This document shows positions 18,881 through 29,915 of a stretch of DNA of 64,000 nucleotides, piece by piece; within the stretch, counting starts at the first letter, position 1; each line of letters begins with the position of its first letter. The stretch comes from an uncultured Gemmatimonadaceae bacterium. Its GTDB lineage: Bacteria; Gemmatimonadota; Gemmatimonadetes; Gemmatimonadales; Gemmatimonadaceae. The stretch is from positions 192,001 to 256,000 of the forward strand of contig CAVUDW010000003.1 of NCBI GenBank assembly GCA_963740355.1, read 5' to 3'. Under the pieces are notes generated by a model. The model was not told where the DNA came from. It worked only from the letters and a program-made list of their open reading frames with translations, and did not search any database. Made by a program: the position numbers and the translations under genes.

Positions 18881-19009
18881 TGGACTACCGACACACACTT
18901 CACGAGCATCATCACTGCGAGCGTCACGGGGTGCTGGGCTTCTGAATCGGGAACGACACGCCGGAATATAAGTTTCGTGTCCACAGGTTCCTGTCCCCCG
19001 CCCGTTCCC

Positions 19010-20227
19010 ATGCCGATGCCCTCCTGTCGCCCGTTCGCTCGCGCGATCTCGCGCCTCGCTCTCGTCCTGGGGGCATTCGGATCGCTGACTGGATGCGCCG
19101 CAGTACATCGGCCCGCGACCACGATTCCTGCGCTACTCACCGACGCCGACGCCTCGCGGGCTGCGGAACGCTCGCTGCGCGATACGGTCGTGGCACGGCT
19201 GGCGCGCCGCGTGATCACACGTCCCGATCACACCGTGGATGTGCTGCTACTCTCGGGCGGCGGGCAGAACGGCTCGTATGGCGTCGGGTTCATGCGTGGA
19301 TGGCGGACGCGCACCGACCTGCCGATGCCCAAATTTGACCTCATCACCGCGATCAGCACGGGGGCGTTGCAGGCGCCGTTCGCGCTCCTCGGCACGACGG
19401 CGGCGGTCGATACCCTCACCTCGCTCTACCGCAACGCTGCCGACCGCATCGCCCCATCCATCGACTGGTGGTTCTGGCTGCGAAAGACCGGTGGCCTGGT
19501 GAACACGAAGCGCTACGACGCGAGCATCGCCCATGTGGTCGACGCCGCCCTGCGTGATTCATTGCGTGCGCAATTCGCGCAGGATCGGCAGGTCGTATTC
19601 GGCACGACCGACATGGACATCGGCACGGGCCGCACGTGGGACCTGCGCTCGACGCTCGACGGTGGCGACGAGGGATTGGTCCGCACGCGGACGCTGCTCA
19701 AGGCCGCCTCCGCGATTCCGGGAATCTTCCCGCAGGTGGTGTACGAGGGTCACGTGCACTCGGATGGTGGCGTCGTCTCGAACATCCTCACGCTCCTCAC
19801 ATACGACGACTACGCCGCCGTCGTGAAGCGTGTGCGGGCTGCCGGCGTCACGGGACCAGTGACGATCCGGATGTGGCTGATCGTGAACGGGTGGACCACC
19901 GCGGCACCGATGGTGATCGACCCGGCCAGCCGCAAGCAGATCAACCGCCGTTGGAGCAACCTCTCGTTCTACATGCACCAACCGCAGGTGATCGAGGGTC
20001 TTGACTACCTCGCCCGCGCCGCCAGCACCGGGATTCCGGGGCTGTCGATGCAGTTGAAGTGGACCGCCATCCCATCCGAGCTGGCCGTCGATCCAGCGGC
20101 CAGTTCCCTCTTCGACAAGGCGTGGATGCAGCGTCTCGAGGACCTCGGCACACAACGCGCGATTGGCGCTGCGCCGTGGGACACGCTCTATTCGCCGTAC
20201 GTGCGGCCGGTGCCGATCAAGCCCTGA
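19010..20227 (+). CDS. Patatin-like phospholipase lipoprotein
   Basis: Lipobox SLTGC; LLLSGGGQNGSYGVG oxyanion loop; TAISTGA nucleophile elbow (AxSxG variant); ASAIPGIFP; SDGG. Confidence 0.88.
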   Translation: MPMPSCRPFARAISRLALVLGAFGSLTGCAAVHRPATTIPALLTDADASRAAERSLRDTVVARLARRVITRPDHTVDVLLLSGGGQNGSYGVGFMRGWRTRTDLPMPKFDLITAISTGALQAPFALLGTTAAVDTLTSLYRNAADRIAPSIDWWFWLRKTGGLVNTKRYDASIAHVVDAALRDSLRAQFAQDRQVVFGTTDMDIGTGRTWDLRSTLDGGDEGLVRTRTLLKAASAIPGIFPQVVYEGHVHSDGGVVSNILTLLTYDDYAAVVKRVRAAGVTGPVTIRMWLIVNGWTTAAPMVIDPASRKQINRRWSNLSFYMHQPQVIEGLDYLARAASTGIPGLSMQLKWTAIPSELAVDPAASSLFDKAWMQRLEDLGTQRAIGAAPWDTLYSPYVRPVPIKP

Positions 20228-20332
20228 ACAGATGGGTGGCGCAGGTCACCTTGAAGGGTGATTGCGAAGCGGGAGGACACGGTCGAGCTTGATGTCCGAC
20301 AGCAGCCTCCGACCTCTGCACAGGACCCGATC

Positions 20333-20671
20333 GTGGACCAGGACCAGAAGACTCGACTTGGCGGATTGTTCATGATCGTCAGCGGCGCCGTACTCGGCTA
20401 TCTCTCGATCTGGCGCACCTACCAGGAGGCGCTGGCCGGCAGCCAGACGCTGGTGCTGAACCAGACGGGCATCGCCCTGTCGATCCTCTTCCCGCTGATG
20501 GGCATTGTGCTGATCGTCGGCGGCGAATCGGCGATGAATCACCTCAAGGCCAACACCGCCGGCAAGAAGACCAAGCGTGGCTGGGTTTACATCGGCATCC
20601 TCGGTGCCATCGCGCTCGGTGTGTTCTACGTGGTGCAGTCGAAGTTCGAGGCGATGGGCTACCACGTGTGA
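20333..20671 (+). CDS. Small hypothetical membrane protein (3 TM)
   Basis: Three hydrophobic segments; GTG 20333 with CAGGA upstream; GC3-rich codons. Confidence 0.7.
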   Translation: MDQDQKTRLGGLFMIVSGAVLGYLSIWRTYQEALAGSQTLVLNQTGIALSILFPLMGIVLIVGGESAMNHLKANTAGKKTKRGWVYIGILGAIALGVFYVVQSKFEAMGYHV

Positions 20672-20672
20672 C

Positions 20673-20709
20673 GACGCGGCGTGAACAGTGTCTCCGTTCA
20701 CGCCGCGTC
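20673..20709. terminator. Hairpin between convergent genes (probable bidirectional terminator)
   Basis: GACGCGGCGTGAAC-N9-GTTCACGCCGCGTC, a perfect 14-bp stem. Confidence 0.75.
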
Positions 20710-20737
20710 TGGCACAGAGGTACTGCCAATCGCGAGC

Positions 20738-21880
20738 CTAGCCGGCGCTGGGCAGCGCGTCCGCGGGTGGCACGTCCATCACCCCTTCGGCGGTCTCGAT
20801 GATCAGCTGATCCACGACGGCCTTCAGGTCATTCGTCTTCGCGAAGGTTGCCAGCTGTCGATCGGCACTCGATCCTTCGGCGAGAATCTTGTACGCGTAC
20901 TCGACTTCCTTGCGCGTGCCCAGTTCGTCGACGATGTCCCCAAGGAACCAGTCGAGAAATTCGCGGATCAGCTGCGGCGCGGGAAGTTCGACCTGCTTGC
21001 CGAAGTCGATCAGCTTGCCGCCGAGCCCATATCGCACGGCGCGCCACTTGTTCTCCTCGATCAGGGCTGAGGAGTAGACGCGGAACGTCGTGTTGTCGCG
21101 CCGCATCTTGTAGAGCTTTGCGATCAGTGCCTGCAGGATGGCCGCGATGCACACCGCCTCGTCGACGCGGGTGCAGACATCGCAGACGCGGAATTCGAGC
21201 GTCGGATAAGTGCCATGCGGCCGGATGTCCCACCAGATCTTGTGCGACCCGGGAATCGATCCTGTTTCGACGAGGGTATCGATGTACGAGGTGTAGTCGT
21301 AGTACGAGTTCAGCAGCGGTGGCACACCGGAGCGCGGGAAGGCGCGGAACACGACACTGCGATATGAGCGCAGCCCCGTCTCACGCCCGTACCAGAACGG
21401 CGAACTGCTGGTGAGGCAGAGGATGTGCGGCAGGAAATAGCGCGCCACGTTGCAGGCATCGACGAGGAAGTCCTTGTCCTCGATGCCGATGTGCACATGC
21501 GTACCGAAGATCAGCAGGCGCTGGGCGAGGTCGCCCATGTCATTGCGCGTGCCGAGATAGTGATCGTACGGCGTGATCTCCTGCGTCTGCCAGTTCGCGA
21601 AGGGGTGGGTGCCTGCGGCGGCGATGCGATATCCCTTCTTCGCCGCCAGTTCCATCACGCCCTTGCGCAGCATGACGAGTTCCTTGCGCACCTCGGCCGG
21701 CGTCTGGCAGATGTTGGTGCCCACCTCGATGATCGACTGGTGCAACTCCGGCTTCACCTGCGTCAGCACGCGGTGGTCTTCGGCCAGGAGCTGCGTCACG
21801 TACGACACCAGATCTCGCGAGACCGGGTCGATGATCTGGTACTCTTCCTCGACGCCCAGGGTGAGGGATGGTGCCTTCAT
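20738..21880 (-). CDS. Carboxylate-amine ligase, YbdK/GCS2 (glutamate-cysteine ligase-like) family
   Basis: TLGVEEEYQIID, ELHQSIIEVGT, AAGTHPF, IFGTHVHIG, SSPFW, FPRSG, IWWDIRP, TLEFRVCD, ENKWRAVRYG. Confidence 0.93.
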   Translation of the reverse strand: MKAPSLTLGVEEEYQIIDPVSRDLVSYVTQLLAEDHRVLTQVKPELHQSIIEVGTNICQTPAEVRKELVMLRKGVMELAAKKGYRIAAAGTHPFANWQTQEITPYDHYLGTRNDMGDLAQRLLIFGTHVHIGIEDKDFLVDACNVARYFLPHILCLTSSSPFWYGRETGLRSYRSVVFRAFPRSGVPPLLNSYYDYTSYIDTLVETGSIPGSHKIWWDIRPHGTYPTLEFRVCDVCTRVDEAVCIAAILQALIAKLYKMRRDNTTFRVYSSALIEENKWRAVRYGLGGKLIDFGKQVELPAPQLIREFLDWFLGDIVDELGTRKEVEYAYKILAEGSSADRQLATFAKTNDLKAVVDQLIIETAEGVMDVPPADALPSAG

Positions 21881-21949
21881 GGGTCGATTCCGGCTGGGGT
21901 GTGGCCTGCAAAGCGGAGGTGCGCCGGCGGCGCCTGCCGCAGAATAGTC

Positions 21950-23319
21950 CTAACGTGGCTGTACAAGAAAGGTGGGCACCGTGGACCCACCGCCCGCCGA
22001 GACGTTGAGCAGTGCGGCCGTCGACAAGCGGCAGAGCCAGCCGTCCGAGTAGGCGCCGTCGCAGAGGAAGGGCGCGGTGTCGTACATGCGGTCGATCACC
22101 TGTGACGCGCCGTCCACCAGCGACGGATATCCCTGCGACGGAATGCCGACCCGTTCCTGTACCACGTACGGATGCTCGACGGCGGTGCGCAGCGCGGCGC
22201 TCCACGTGTCACCATCGACCGTCCACCCGAGCACGATGCCAGCGCCACCGTAATCGTCGTTCGGCTTCAGCACGAAGCGATCGCGGTGCTGGGCCGCATA
22301 CGACAGCAGGTCGATTTGCTCGCCATGAAAGGTCGTGGAGCGTTCCTCGACCACCCGTGTCCACGGGATGCACGACGTCACCGCGGCATGCTGGTCGGCC
22401 GAGAGGAAATGTGCGTTGCGCTCGTCGGTGAGTGCTGCCAGCGATGCCTTCTTGTGCAGGAACTTGCAGCGCGGTGGATTGACCATGCAGACGTTGCCAT
22501 CGCGATAGGCACGGAAGACCGGATGATCGGCGCCACCCCGTTCAGCCAGCTCGTGCAACAGGACGCGCTTGTAGAGCAACGTGACCGGCGTGCCGGCGAA
22601 GGTCAGCGTCGTGCCGTCGTAGGACGCGTCACGCGGATCGACGATCGAGCACGGGATCCCCAGGTGCCGGAAATGCGTCTGGAAAATCTCGAACTCGCTG
22701 GCGGTCGGCACTTCCTTCCAGTCGATGATCCCGATCTGCGGCACTTCGCGAACACCGCGCCAGGCCGCCCATGCGTCGAGCACGGCGCGAATGACACCAT
22801 GCCGCGTCGGGACGGGGATCAGCTCCCAGTCACGTGCAAACCGTCGTGTCACCGGCAGGTCGCTGAACATGTCGGCCAGCGCGTCATTGTAGCCGGCGCC
22901 AGCAGGCGTTTCCGCGTTGTACTCGGTGAGTGAGATCTCGCCCGACTCGTCATTGACGAAATAGTCGAGTCGCGAGGTCGGGCTGGCCGACGGAAATCCG
23001 GGATCGATGTCCACCAATCCCTCCTCCCAGTCGGCGAGCCGGAACTGCTGCCGAACCGTCGGGTCGCTGAGGGCGGCGGCGAGGATCGCATCGAAGGCCG
23101 GCATCAGCCGCCGCGTCAACTGCTGCACGCGATCGTACTGCCAGCGCGTGACGAGCCGCGGGCGCAACACGGTGCAGAGTGGCCGGCCGCCGAAGATCAG
23201 CCCGCGCGAGGCGAGCTGTGAGGTCATCAGCGACGAGGACTCCTGAGCCAGTGCCGAATCGGCCAGGAGGTCATGCCACGCACTGATGGCATTGGTGGCG
23301 GTACTGCCCTGCTCCATCA

Positions 23320-23320
<1 letters not shown>
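21950..23320 (-). CDS. Circularly permuted ATP-grasp ligase (glutathionylspermidine-synthase-like)
   Basis: SRLDYF and EYNAETPAG occur before FVLKPNDDYGGAGIVLG and YVVQERV (permuted order); C-terminal LLNVSAGGG. Start overlaps the upstream stop (TGATG). Confidence 0.85.
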
Positions 23321-24264
<944 letters not shown>

Positions 24265-24286
24265 GTGTGCTGCCCTTGTTGGTGAG

Positions 24287-25009
24287 TTAGTCGTGTCCGC
24301 TGACGTACATCCGGATCATCTTTTCCCAGTACGGCCAGTCGTGTGACCAGCCATCCCAGATGCGGAGCGCGTTGCCGACGCCCTTGCTCCACAGCAGCGA
24401 CGAGAACTGCTCGTTGTTGCGACAGCTCGGGTCATCCCGCCCGATGGCCATGATGATGTCGATGCGCCGCATCGCCTCGAGCCGGTTGTGATCCTGCTCG
24501 TGCGCCATGAACGCCATCGGGTTCGCCCAGTAGACATTGTGATCCATGTGTCCACTGGCCTGCCGGCTGATGTCGTACAGGCCGCTGAGGCCGATGATGC
24601 GATTGACGAGGTGCGGGAAGCGCAGCCCGAACGACATCGCGTGGTAGGCCCCGAAGGAGGCACCGGCGGCGATCACGAACGAATTCCGGTTGCGGTGATG
24701 CATGAACGGCATCACCTCATCCTTGATGTACGCGTGGTACTGCAGGTGGCGGTAGGCGCGGGCGCCCGGGTGCCGGCCCTTGTCGTACCAGCTCTCGTGG
24801 TGCACATGATCGACCGAAAAGATCTGCAGCCAGCCGTTGTCGATCTGGTCGCGCAGCACATGCTGCATCTTGCGGTCGGTCCATTCGCGATGGCTGCCGA
24901 GCGAGGTCGGAAACACCAGCATCTTGGCGCCCGCGTGCCCCCACACGTGCAACCCCATCTCCTTGCCGTCCAGTGCCGGGCTCCGCCAGGACTTGTACTC
25001 GTGGTGCAT
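24287..25009 (-). CDS. Putative esterase (alpha/beta hydrolase, esterase/antigen-85-like family)
   Basis: WRSPAL, WGHAG, LVFPTS, GASFG nucleophile elbow, SGLYD, HDWPYW. CAGGAG RBS; start ATG 25009 overlaps the upstream stop. Confidence 0.88.
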   Translation of the reverse strand: MHHEYKSWRSPALDGKEMGLHVWGHAGAKMLVFPTSLGSHREWTDRKMQHVLRDQIDNGWLQIFSVDHVHHESWYDKGRHPGARAYRHLQYHAYIKDEVMPFMHHRNRNSFVIAAGASFGAYHAMSFGLRFPHLVNRIIGLSGLYDISRQASGHMDHNVYWANPMAFMAHEQDHNRLEAMRRIDIIMAIGRDDPSCRNNEQFSSLLWSKGVGNALRIWDGWSHDWPYWEKMIRMYVSGHD

Positions 25010-25830
25010 CAGTTTCTCCTGTCGGACTTGGGAACGGCGAGCAACGCGGGAAGTGCCTTGCGGAACCGGCGACCCCACGCGCTTTCATGGTGCACGCCAA
25101 GCGAATCTTCGACCCACCGCAGCCGTTCCCCGGGCAGGTATCCCTTCTCCACCAGCATGTCACGCATGCGTCGCGCGTTCGCCAGCGTCCGCTCGCCTTC
25201 ACGCGCGCCGATGTCGAGGTAGATGCGCGAGTCGACGAATGGCTGCCCGCGCACCCAGTCGAAGATCGCCCCCTGCGCGAACCAGAGCGACGGGCTCATG
25301 ACGGCCGCGAAACCGTACACATCGCTGCGCGCGAACATCGCATAGAGCGAGAGCAACCCACCCATCGACGAGCCGGCGACGCCGGTATGCTCGCGCGCCG
25401 GCAACGTGCGATACCGGTCGTTGATCACCGGTCGCAGCACATCCGCCATCCAGGTCAGGTAGGTGGCCGCGGCACCGCCGCCGACACGCTCGTCCATGAA
25501 CGGGCTGTACTCGTCGATTCGATGCTGCGACGCATGGTGAACGCCGACGATGATGGCATCGGCGCCCAGCCGCGAGGCCGAGACCAGTTCCTCACCCAGC
25601 CCCCACGAGCCGGCGAACGAGGTCCCTTCCTCGAACAGGTTCTGCCCATCCTGCATGTAGATCACGGGATACCGACGCACTTCCTCGTCATAGGCCCCGG
25701 GCAGGTGCACCACCACGGTGCGCATCTCATCCGGATTCGGGCCGGGGATGTCCGTCACCAGCTGATGACGGCCCGCCTGCGTCCTCGTACGAAACAACCG
25801 CCGCAAGGAGCGGCGCAAACGCGTGGGCAT
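25009..25830 (-). CDS. Putative esterase (alpha/beta hydrolase)
   Basis: RYPVIYMQDGQNLF, RIDEYSPF, GSSMGG nucleophile elbow, IYLDIG, HHESAWGRR. Confidence 0.9.
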   Translation of the reverse strand: MPTRLRRSLRRLFRTRTQAGRHQLVTDIPGPNPDEMRTVVVHLPGAYDEEVRRYPVIYMQDGQNLFEEGTSFAGSWGLGEELVSASRLGADAIIVGVHHASQHRIDEYSPFMDERVGGGAAATYLTWMADVLRPVINDRYRTLPAREHTGVAGSSMGGLLSLYAMFARSDVYGFAAVMSPSLWFAQGAIFDWVRGQPFVDSRIYLDIGAREGERTLANARRMRDMLVEKGYLPGERLRWVEDSLGVHHESAWGRRFRKALPALLAVPKSDRRN

Positions 25831-25833
25831 GGA

Positions 25834-27051
25834 TTACGACGCGTAAAGTTGGAGATCGGTGCCGACAGCATCGGCAATCAGGCAGGCCTGCTCGAAGTCC
25901 GGATGACGAACCGTGACATACCCATCGGAAATCAGCGTCAGGATCCAGTCACGCCGCGTCGCACCGACCGGCAGCAGGTCGACGTGCACGATGTGTTCGC
26001 CGAACCGCTGGATCAGCTGTTCGAGGCCAGAGATACGGCGAATGGTGCCGTGCCCCTGTGCGCGCTTGAAGATGTTGACGGTGGTGTACTTCCGCTTCAC
26101 GTCGATCGAGAAGGTGCCCTTCAACTCGGCCTCGGCATAGCCCATGTAGAGGTCAATGTCCGAGACGTAGTTCATGAGGTCCACAGTGCGCGCGCCGGGC
26201 GGGCGGGCCGCGATCTCGCCGAACACCACTTCACCGTCGGACTTCCGGTACCACTCCATGTGGGTGAACGCGTTGCCCGGGTTCATCGCCTTCAGCACGT
26301 CCTCACCCATCTTGCGGCCGCCGGCCACCCAGTCGGTGTCCACGTCGCGCAGGCAGAGCGTCTGCGGGCTGATCCACTCCACCTGACGCGCAACCAGCGG
26401 GCGGGGACGGTAGAAGCCAACGTTGAAGAACTGCATCTCGCCGTTGATGCAGATCGTGTCGAAGGTGAATTCCTCGGCTTCGATGAACTCCTCGATGTTC
26501 ACGTGGTCGATGTGCGGCATGCGCTTGATCGCCGCCTCGAGCTCCTTCGCATCATCGACACGGAATGTGTCCATCGAACCGGCGCCGTCGATCGGCTTGA
26601 TGATCAGCGGATAGCCGATGTACTCGGCCGCCGCGCGAACCTCTGCGGCAGTGGTGGCACCGCGATGCTTCGGCGTCCGGATCCCCGCCGCTGCCACACG
26701 CGCCTTCATGATGTCCTTGTTCCGGAACGCGATGGCGTCGTCGATGCTCATGCCCGGCACGCCGAGGGCGGCGCGAAGCTTGGCCGCCAGCACCACGCCA
26801 GGTTCCCAGAGGCAGATCACGCGATCGAAGGAGAGCTGCGACCAGTGCGCCGTGACTTCCACCACTACCGCGTCTTCCTGGTTCAGCTGCGACGTCTGCA
26901 GGTAGCCGCTGAGGTGGCGTCGCGTCATCTCCGGGAGGTTGCCAACCGGGACGTCACTGATGCCGTACACGTTGGCGCCGTAGGTGGACAACCCGCGGCA
27001 GAAGAGCGGCATTTCGTCGGGATACCCCGGCGCAATCATCAACACGTTCAT
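25834..27051 (-). CDS. ATP-grasp domain protein (L-amino-acid-ligase / carbamoyl-phosphate-synthase-like)
   Basis: FRNKDIMK, GYPLIIKPIDGAGSMDT, IEEFI, FTHMEWY, FGEIAARPPG. Confidence 0.88.
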   Translation of the reverse strand: MNVLMIAPGYPDEMPLFCRGLSTYGANVYGISDVPVGNLPEMTRRHLSGYLQTSQLNQEDAVVVEVTAHWSQLSFDRVICLWEPGVVLAAKLRAALGVPGMSIDDAIAFRNKDIMKARVAAAGIRTPKHRGATTAAEVRAAAEYIGYPLIIKPIDGAGSMDTFRVDDAKELEAAIKRMPHIDHVNIEEFIEAEEFTFDTICINGEMQFFNVGFYRPRPLVARQVEWISPQTLCLRDVDTDWVAGGRKMGEDVLKAMNPGNAFTHMEWYRKSDGEVVFGEIAARPPGARTVDLMNYVSDIDLYMGYAEAELKGTFSIDVKRKYTTVNIFKRAQGHGTIRRISGLEQLIQRFGEHIVHVDLLPVGATRRDWILTLISDGYVTVRHPDFEQACLIADAVGTDLQLYAS

Positions 27052-27097
27052 TCAGCACCCCTTGCAGAAGCGTTCCGTCGCAAGCACGACCGCGTGC

Positions 27098-28318
27098 CTA
27101 TCCAAGTTCCACGTGCACCAATTCCACGACGCGCCGGATCGCACGCTCAACGACCGCCGTCTCCGGGTGACGGAGGATGATGTAGCCATCGCCCTCGTAC
27201 GTCGCCGCCGGCGGCTGGCCGATCTCCGGCAGCTTCACGTCACAGACCATCGCACCGACTTCCTCGTGCACGCGGTCGATGCCGCGCACATGCCGCACCA
27301 CGCCACTCCCCTGCCCCCGCAAGAACGCCGCAGCCACCGCGTACTTCCGCTCCGGCGGCGTGAATTCACCATACACCATCAGGTTCGCCCACGCACCTAC
27401 GAAATCGACATCGTTGGCGCGGCTGATCAGCGTCGTGATCTGCGCACCGGGCGGTCGCGCCGCCACCTCTGAAATAGCCACGCTGCCATCGGCACGCCGG
27501 AACCATTCCATGTGCGTCAGGCCGGTGGTCTGGCCCAGCGCGGTCAGTGCTTGTACCGCCGCATCCTTGATGTCATCGAACATCGGATGGTCCACCTCGC
27601 GCGGCAGCACCACCACCCATTGAATCCACGGATTCCGCAGCACTTCCAGCGGCGTGGGGTGATAGTGCGTGAGCGAGTGCCAGACCGCCTTACCGTCGAT
27701 CGAAACCGTCTCGAACGAGTGTTCGGAGCCGGTGATGAATTCCTCCAGCATCAGCGGCGACGCCACCGACGGTCGCGTCATGTCGAGCGCCTCGCTCAAC
27801 GCCTGTGCATCGTCGACCCGATACGTGGACTGCGCGCCGGCACCAGCCAATGGCTTCAGCACCAGCGGAAATCCCACCCGCTCGGCGAAGGCAATCGCAT
27901 CCACGTACTTCACCACCAACGCATGTTTCGCACACGGCAGGCCGCTGGCGCGCAGCACATCCTTCATCCGCGACTTGTCGCGGAAGTTGAGCGCAGCCTC
28001 CACTGGCAGGCCTGGAATGCCCATCGACTCGCGCACCTGAGCCAGCGGCACCTGCAACTGCTCGTAGGCACCGAACAGGCGCTCCACGCCACCGATCCGT
28101 GCTGCGACCTGCTCCACGGCGTGCCGCAACTGTGCCAGGTCCAGCACGTCATCGACACGCCAATGCTGCACGATCACGTCGCGCGTGGCCGGCGCGGCAT
28201 GCTCGACCCAATCCGAACTGATCACGCCGAGCTGCACACCAGGCAGCGCGCCGATCGCCTCCACCATCCTCGACGCGTTGTCCGAGAGACGCGGCGCGAC
28301 GAAGATCACCGGGATCAC
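27098..28318 (-). CDS. ATP-grasp domain protein, paralogue of the adjacent gene
   Basis: FRDKSRMK, GFPLVLKPLAGAGAQST, LEEFI, LTHMEWF, ISEVAARPPG. The GTG start overlaps the GH57 stop (GTGA). Confidence 0.88.
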   Translation of the reverse strand: MIPVIFVAPRLSDNASRMVEAIGALPGVQLGVISSDWVEHAAPATRDVIVQHWRVDDVLDLAQLRHAVEQVAARIGGVERLFGAYEQLQVPLAQVRESMGIPGLPVEAALNFRDKSRMKDVLRASGLPCAKHALVVKYVDAIAFAERVGFPLVLKPLAGAGAQSTYRVDDAQALSEALDMTRPSVASPLMLEEFITGSEHSFETVSIDGKAVWHSLTHYHPTPLEVLRNPWIQWVVVLPREVDHPMFDDIKDAAVQALTALGQTTGLTHMEWFRRADGSVAISEVAARPPGAQITTLISRANDVDFVGAWANLMVYGEFTPPERKYAVAAAFLRGQGSGVVRHVRGIDRVHEEVGAMVCDVKLPEIGQPPAATYEGDGYIILRHPETAVVERAIRRVVELVHVELG

Positions 28319-29910
28319 GACAGCGCCGCCCGCAGCGCCGGGAGAATCTCGGGGAAGCAGTCGTCACGCGTCTTCAACTCGGTTGCGAAGGCATGCGCAT
28401 CCGTGAAATCGCCACTGGCGAAGCTGTCGTGCATCTTGGCCAGCAATTCCTCGAGATCGGAACAGTGCGAATGGAAGCGGTGATCCGCATAGTCCGCAGC
28501 TTCCGCCATCGTGATGATGAACTGCCAGTCACTCGACTGGGCGAGCAGGAGCGTGCGCGCAGCCTGCTCGAGCGACGTGTGCGCCAGCGGATCGCCGAGC
28601 GCGCGCCCCGCGATTTCCCAGAACGCATTCTCGAGCGGCCACAGTCGGCGCCAGGTGTGCGCGACCTTCGGCCCCACCCAGGTGGACCAGTCAGCGTGAG
28701 CACCCCAGGAGCCCGGCTCCACCGGAATGGCCGGCGCATGCGGATTGTCGCGCAAGTGCTGTGACGCCATCACCGGACGCAGCAACTGCGAGTGCTGCAA
28801 TTCGCGATACAGCTTGTTGAGGAACTCGGGGCCTTCGTACCACCAGTGGCCGAACAGCTCGGTGTCGAACGGCGCCATGATCAGCGTGGTGCCGAACGGA
28901 TGCTGTTCGCGAGCGATCGAATTCAACAGTGTGGCGAAGTGTCGCGCATGCTCCTCGACCTTGTTCTGTGCGACTTCCGGCCAGTACGGATGCTTGTGGC
29001 CGAGGTCCACGGTACGACCAGTGATGCGCCACAGCTTCAGGCCACCATTGTGATGCGTCTTGTGGAACTCGAGGTATGCCCCGTCACCCGGATAGCCGCC
29101 GTCCGCGCTCCAGATCTGGGCGGCCGTGCGCTGGTCACGTGCAAGCGCCGCGACATGCCCTTCACCATTCTCCTGCTTGATCCGATAGGCGCGATACGCG
29201 CTGCGTTCCTTGTGACGCCCCTGCACCAGCGGTGCATCGAGGGTCACGTACTGGAAACCGGCCGCGCGAACCTCGTGCTCGATGCCGTGCCGAATGCCAC
29301 GATTCGGTGCCTTCGGCAAGGGCTCCCACCAGCCGCCGGGACGATACGCGCACTCCGGCAACCAGCAGCCCACCGGCGTGCGACCGAAGAGTCGCTCGTG
29401 CTCACGGCGGCCAAGCTGCAGCTGGAACTTGATGCTTTCATCGCGACCGAGGAGCGGCAGGAAGCCGTGTGTGGCGGCAGAGCCCGTGATCTCGATCCGG
29501 CCTTCGTCGGCCAGCCGCTTGAACTCGCCGAGGATGTCGGAGTTGAGCGAGCGATAGAGGTCGCGATACTTGGTCAGCGTCGCTGCATGCACGCCGCAGA
29601 CATGGCTCAAGCCATCGTCGCCGTTGGCTGCGAACGCTTTCCCTTCCGTCTCGTAGCTCTCGAGCTTGCCTGCGATCCACTTCTCGAAGATTGCCGGGAA
29701 TGTGGGATGCGCGAGCTGGTTGGCGAGAATCGGCGTGATGCCGAGGGTGAGCGGCGCCCAGACGTTGTCACCTTGCAGCCACCGCATCTTCTCGATCAGC
29801 GGCAGGTAGGTCTCGACGGTGGCCTCGGACAACCAGTCGCTGCCGTGCGGCCAGTCGCCGTGATTGAGCACCCACGGGAGATGCGAGTGCAGCTGTAGGA
29901 CGAAGTCCAT
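28315..29910 (-). CDS. GH57 1,4-alpha-glucan branching enzyme (DUF1957 C-terminus)
   Basis: HSHLPWV, ETYLPL, ATHGFLP, WLPECAY (nucleophile), PFDTELFGHWWYEG (acid/base), AQSSDWQFI. Confidence 0.92.
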   Translation of the reverse strand: MDFVLQLHSHLPWVLNHGDWPHGSDWLSEATVETYLPLIEKMRWLQGDNVWAPLTLGITPILANQLAHPTFPAIFEKWIAGKLESYETEGKAFAANGDDGLSHVCGVHAATLTKYRDLYRSLNSDILGEFKRLADEGRIEITGSAATHGFLPLLGRDESIKFQLQLGRREHERLFGRTPVGCWLPECAYRPGGWWEPLPKAPNRGIRHGIEHEVRAAGFQYVTLDAPLVQGRHKERSAYRAYRIKQENGEGHVAALARDQRTAAQIWSADGGYPGDGAYLEFHKTHHNGGLKLWRITGRTVDLGHKHPYWPEVAQNKVEEHARHFATLLNSIAREQHPFGTTLIMAPFDTELFGHWWYEGPEFLNKLYRELQHSQLLRPVMASQHLRDNPHAPAIPVEPGSWGAHADWSTWVGPKVAHTWRRLWPLENAFWEIAGRALGDPLAHTSLEQAARTLLLAQSSDWQFIITMAEAADYADHRFHSHCSDLEELLAKMHDSFASGDFTDAHAFATELKTRDDCFPEILPALRAALS

Positions 29911-29915
29911 GGTGA

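Noticed and set aside
24973..27180. 735-aa plus-strand ORF
   Set aside because: Antisense shadow of the esterase and ATP-grasp genes; Arg/His/Ala-rich with no motifs, typical of high-GC codon bias.
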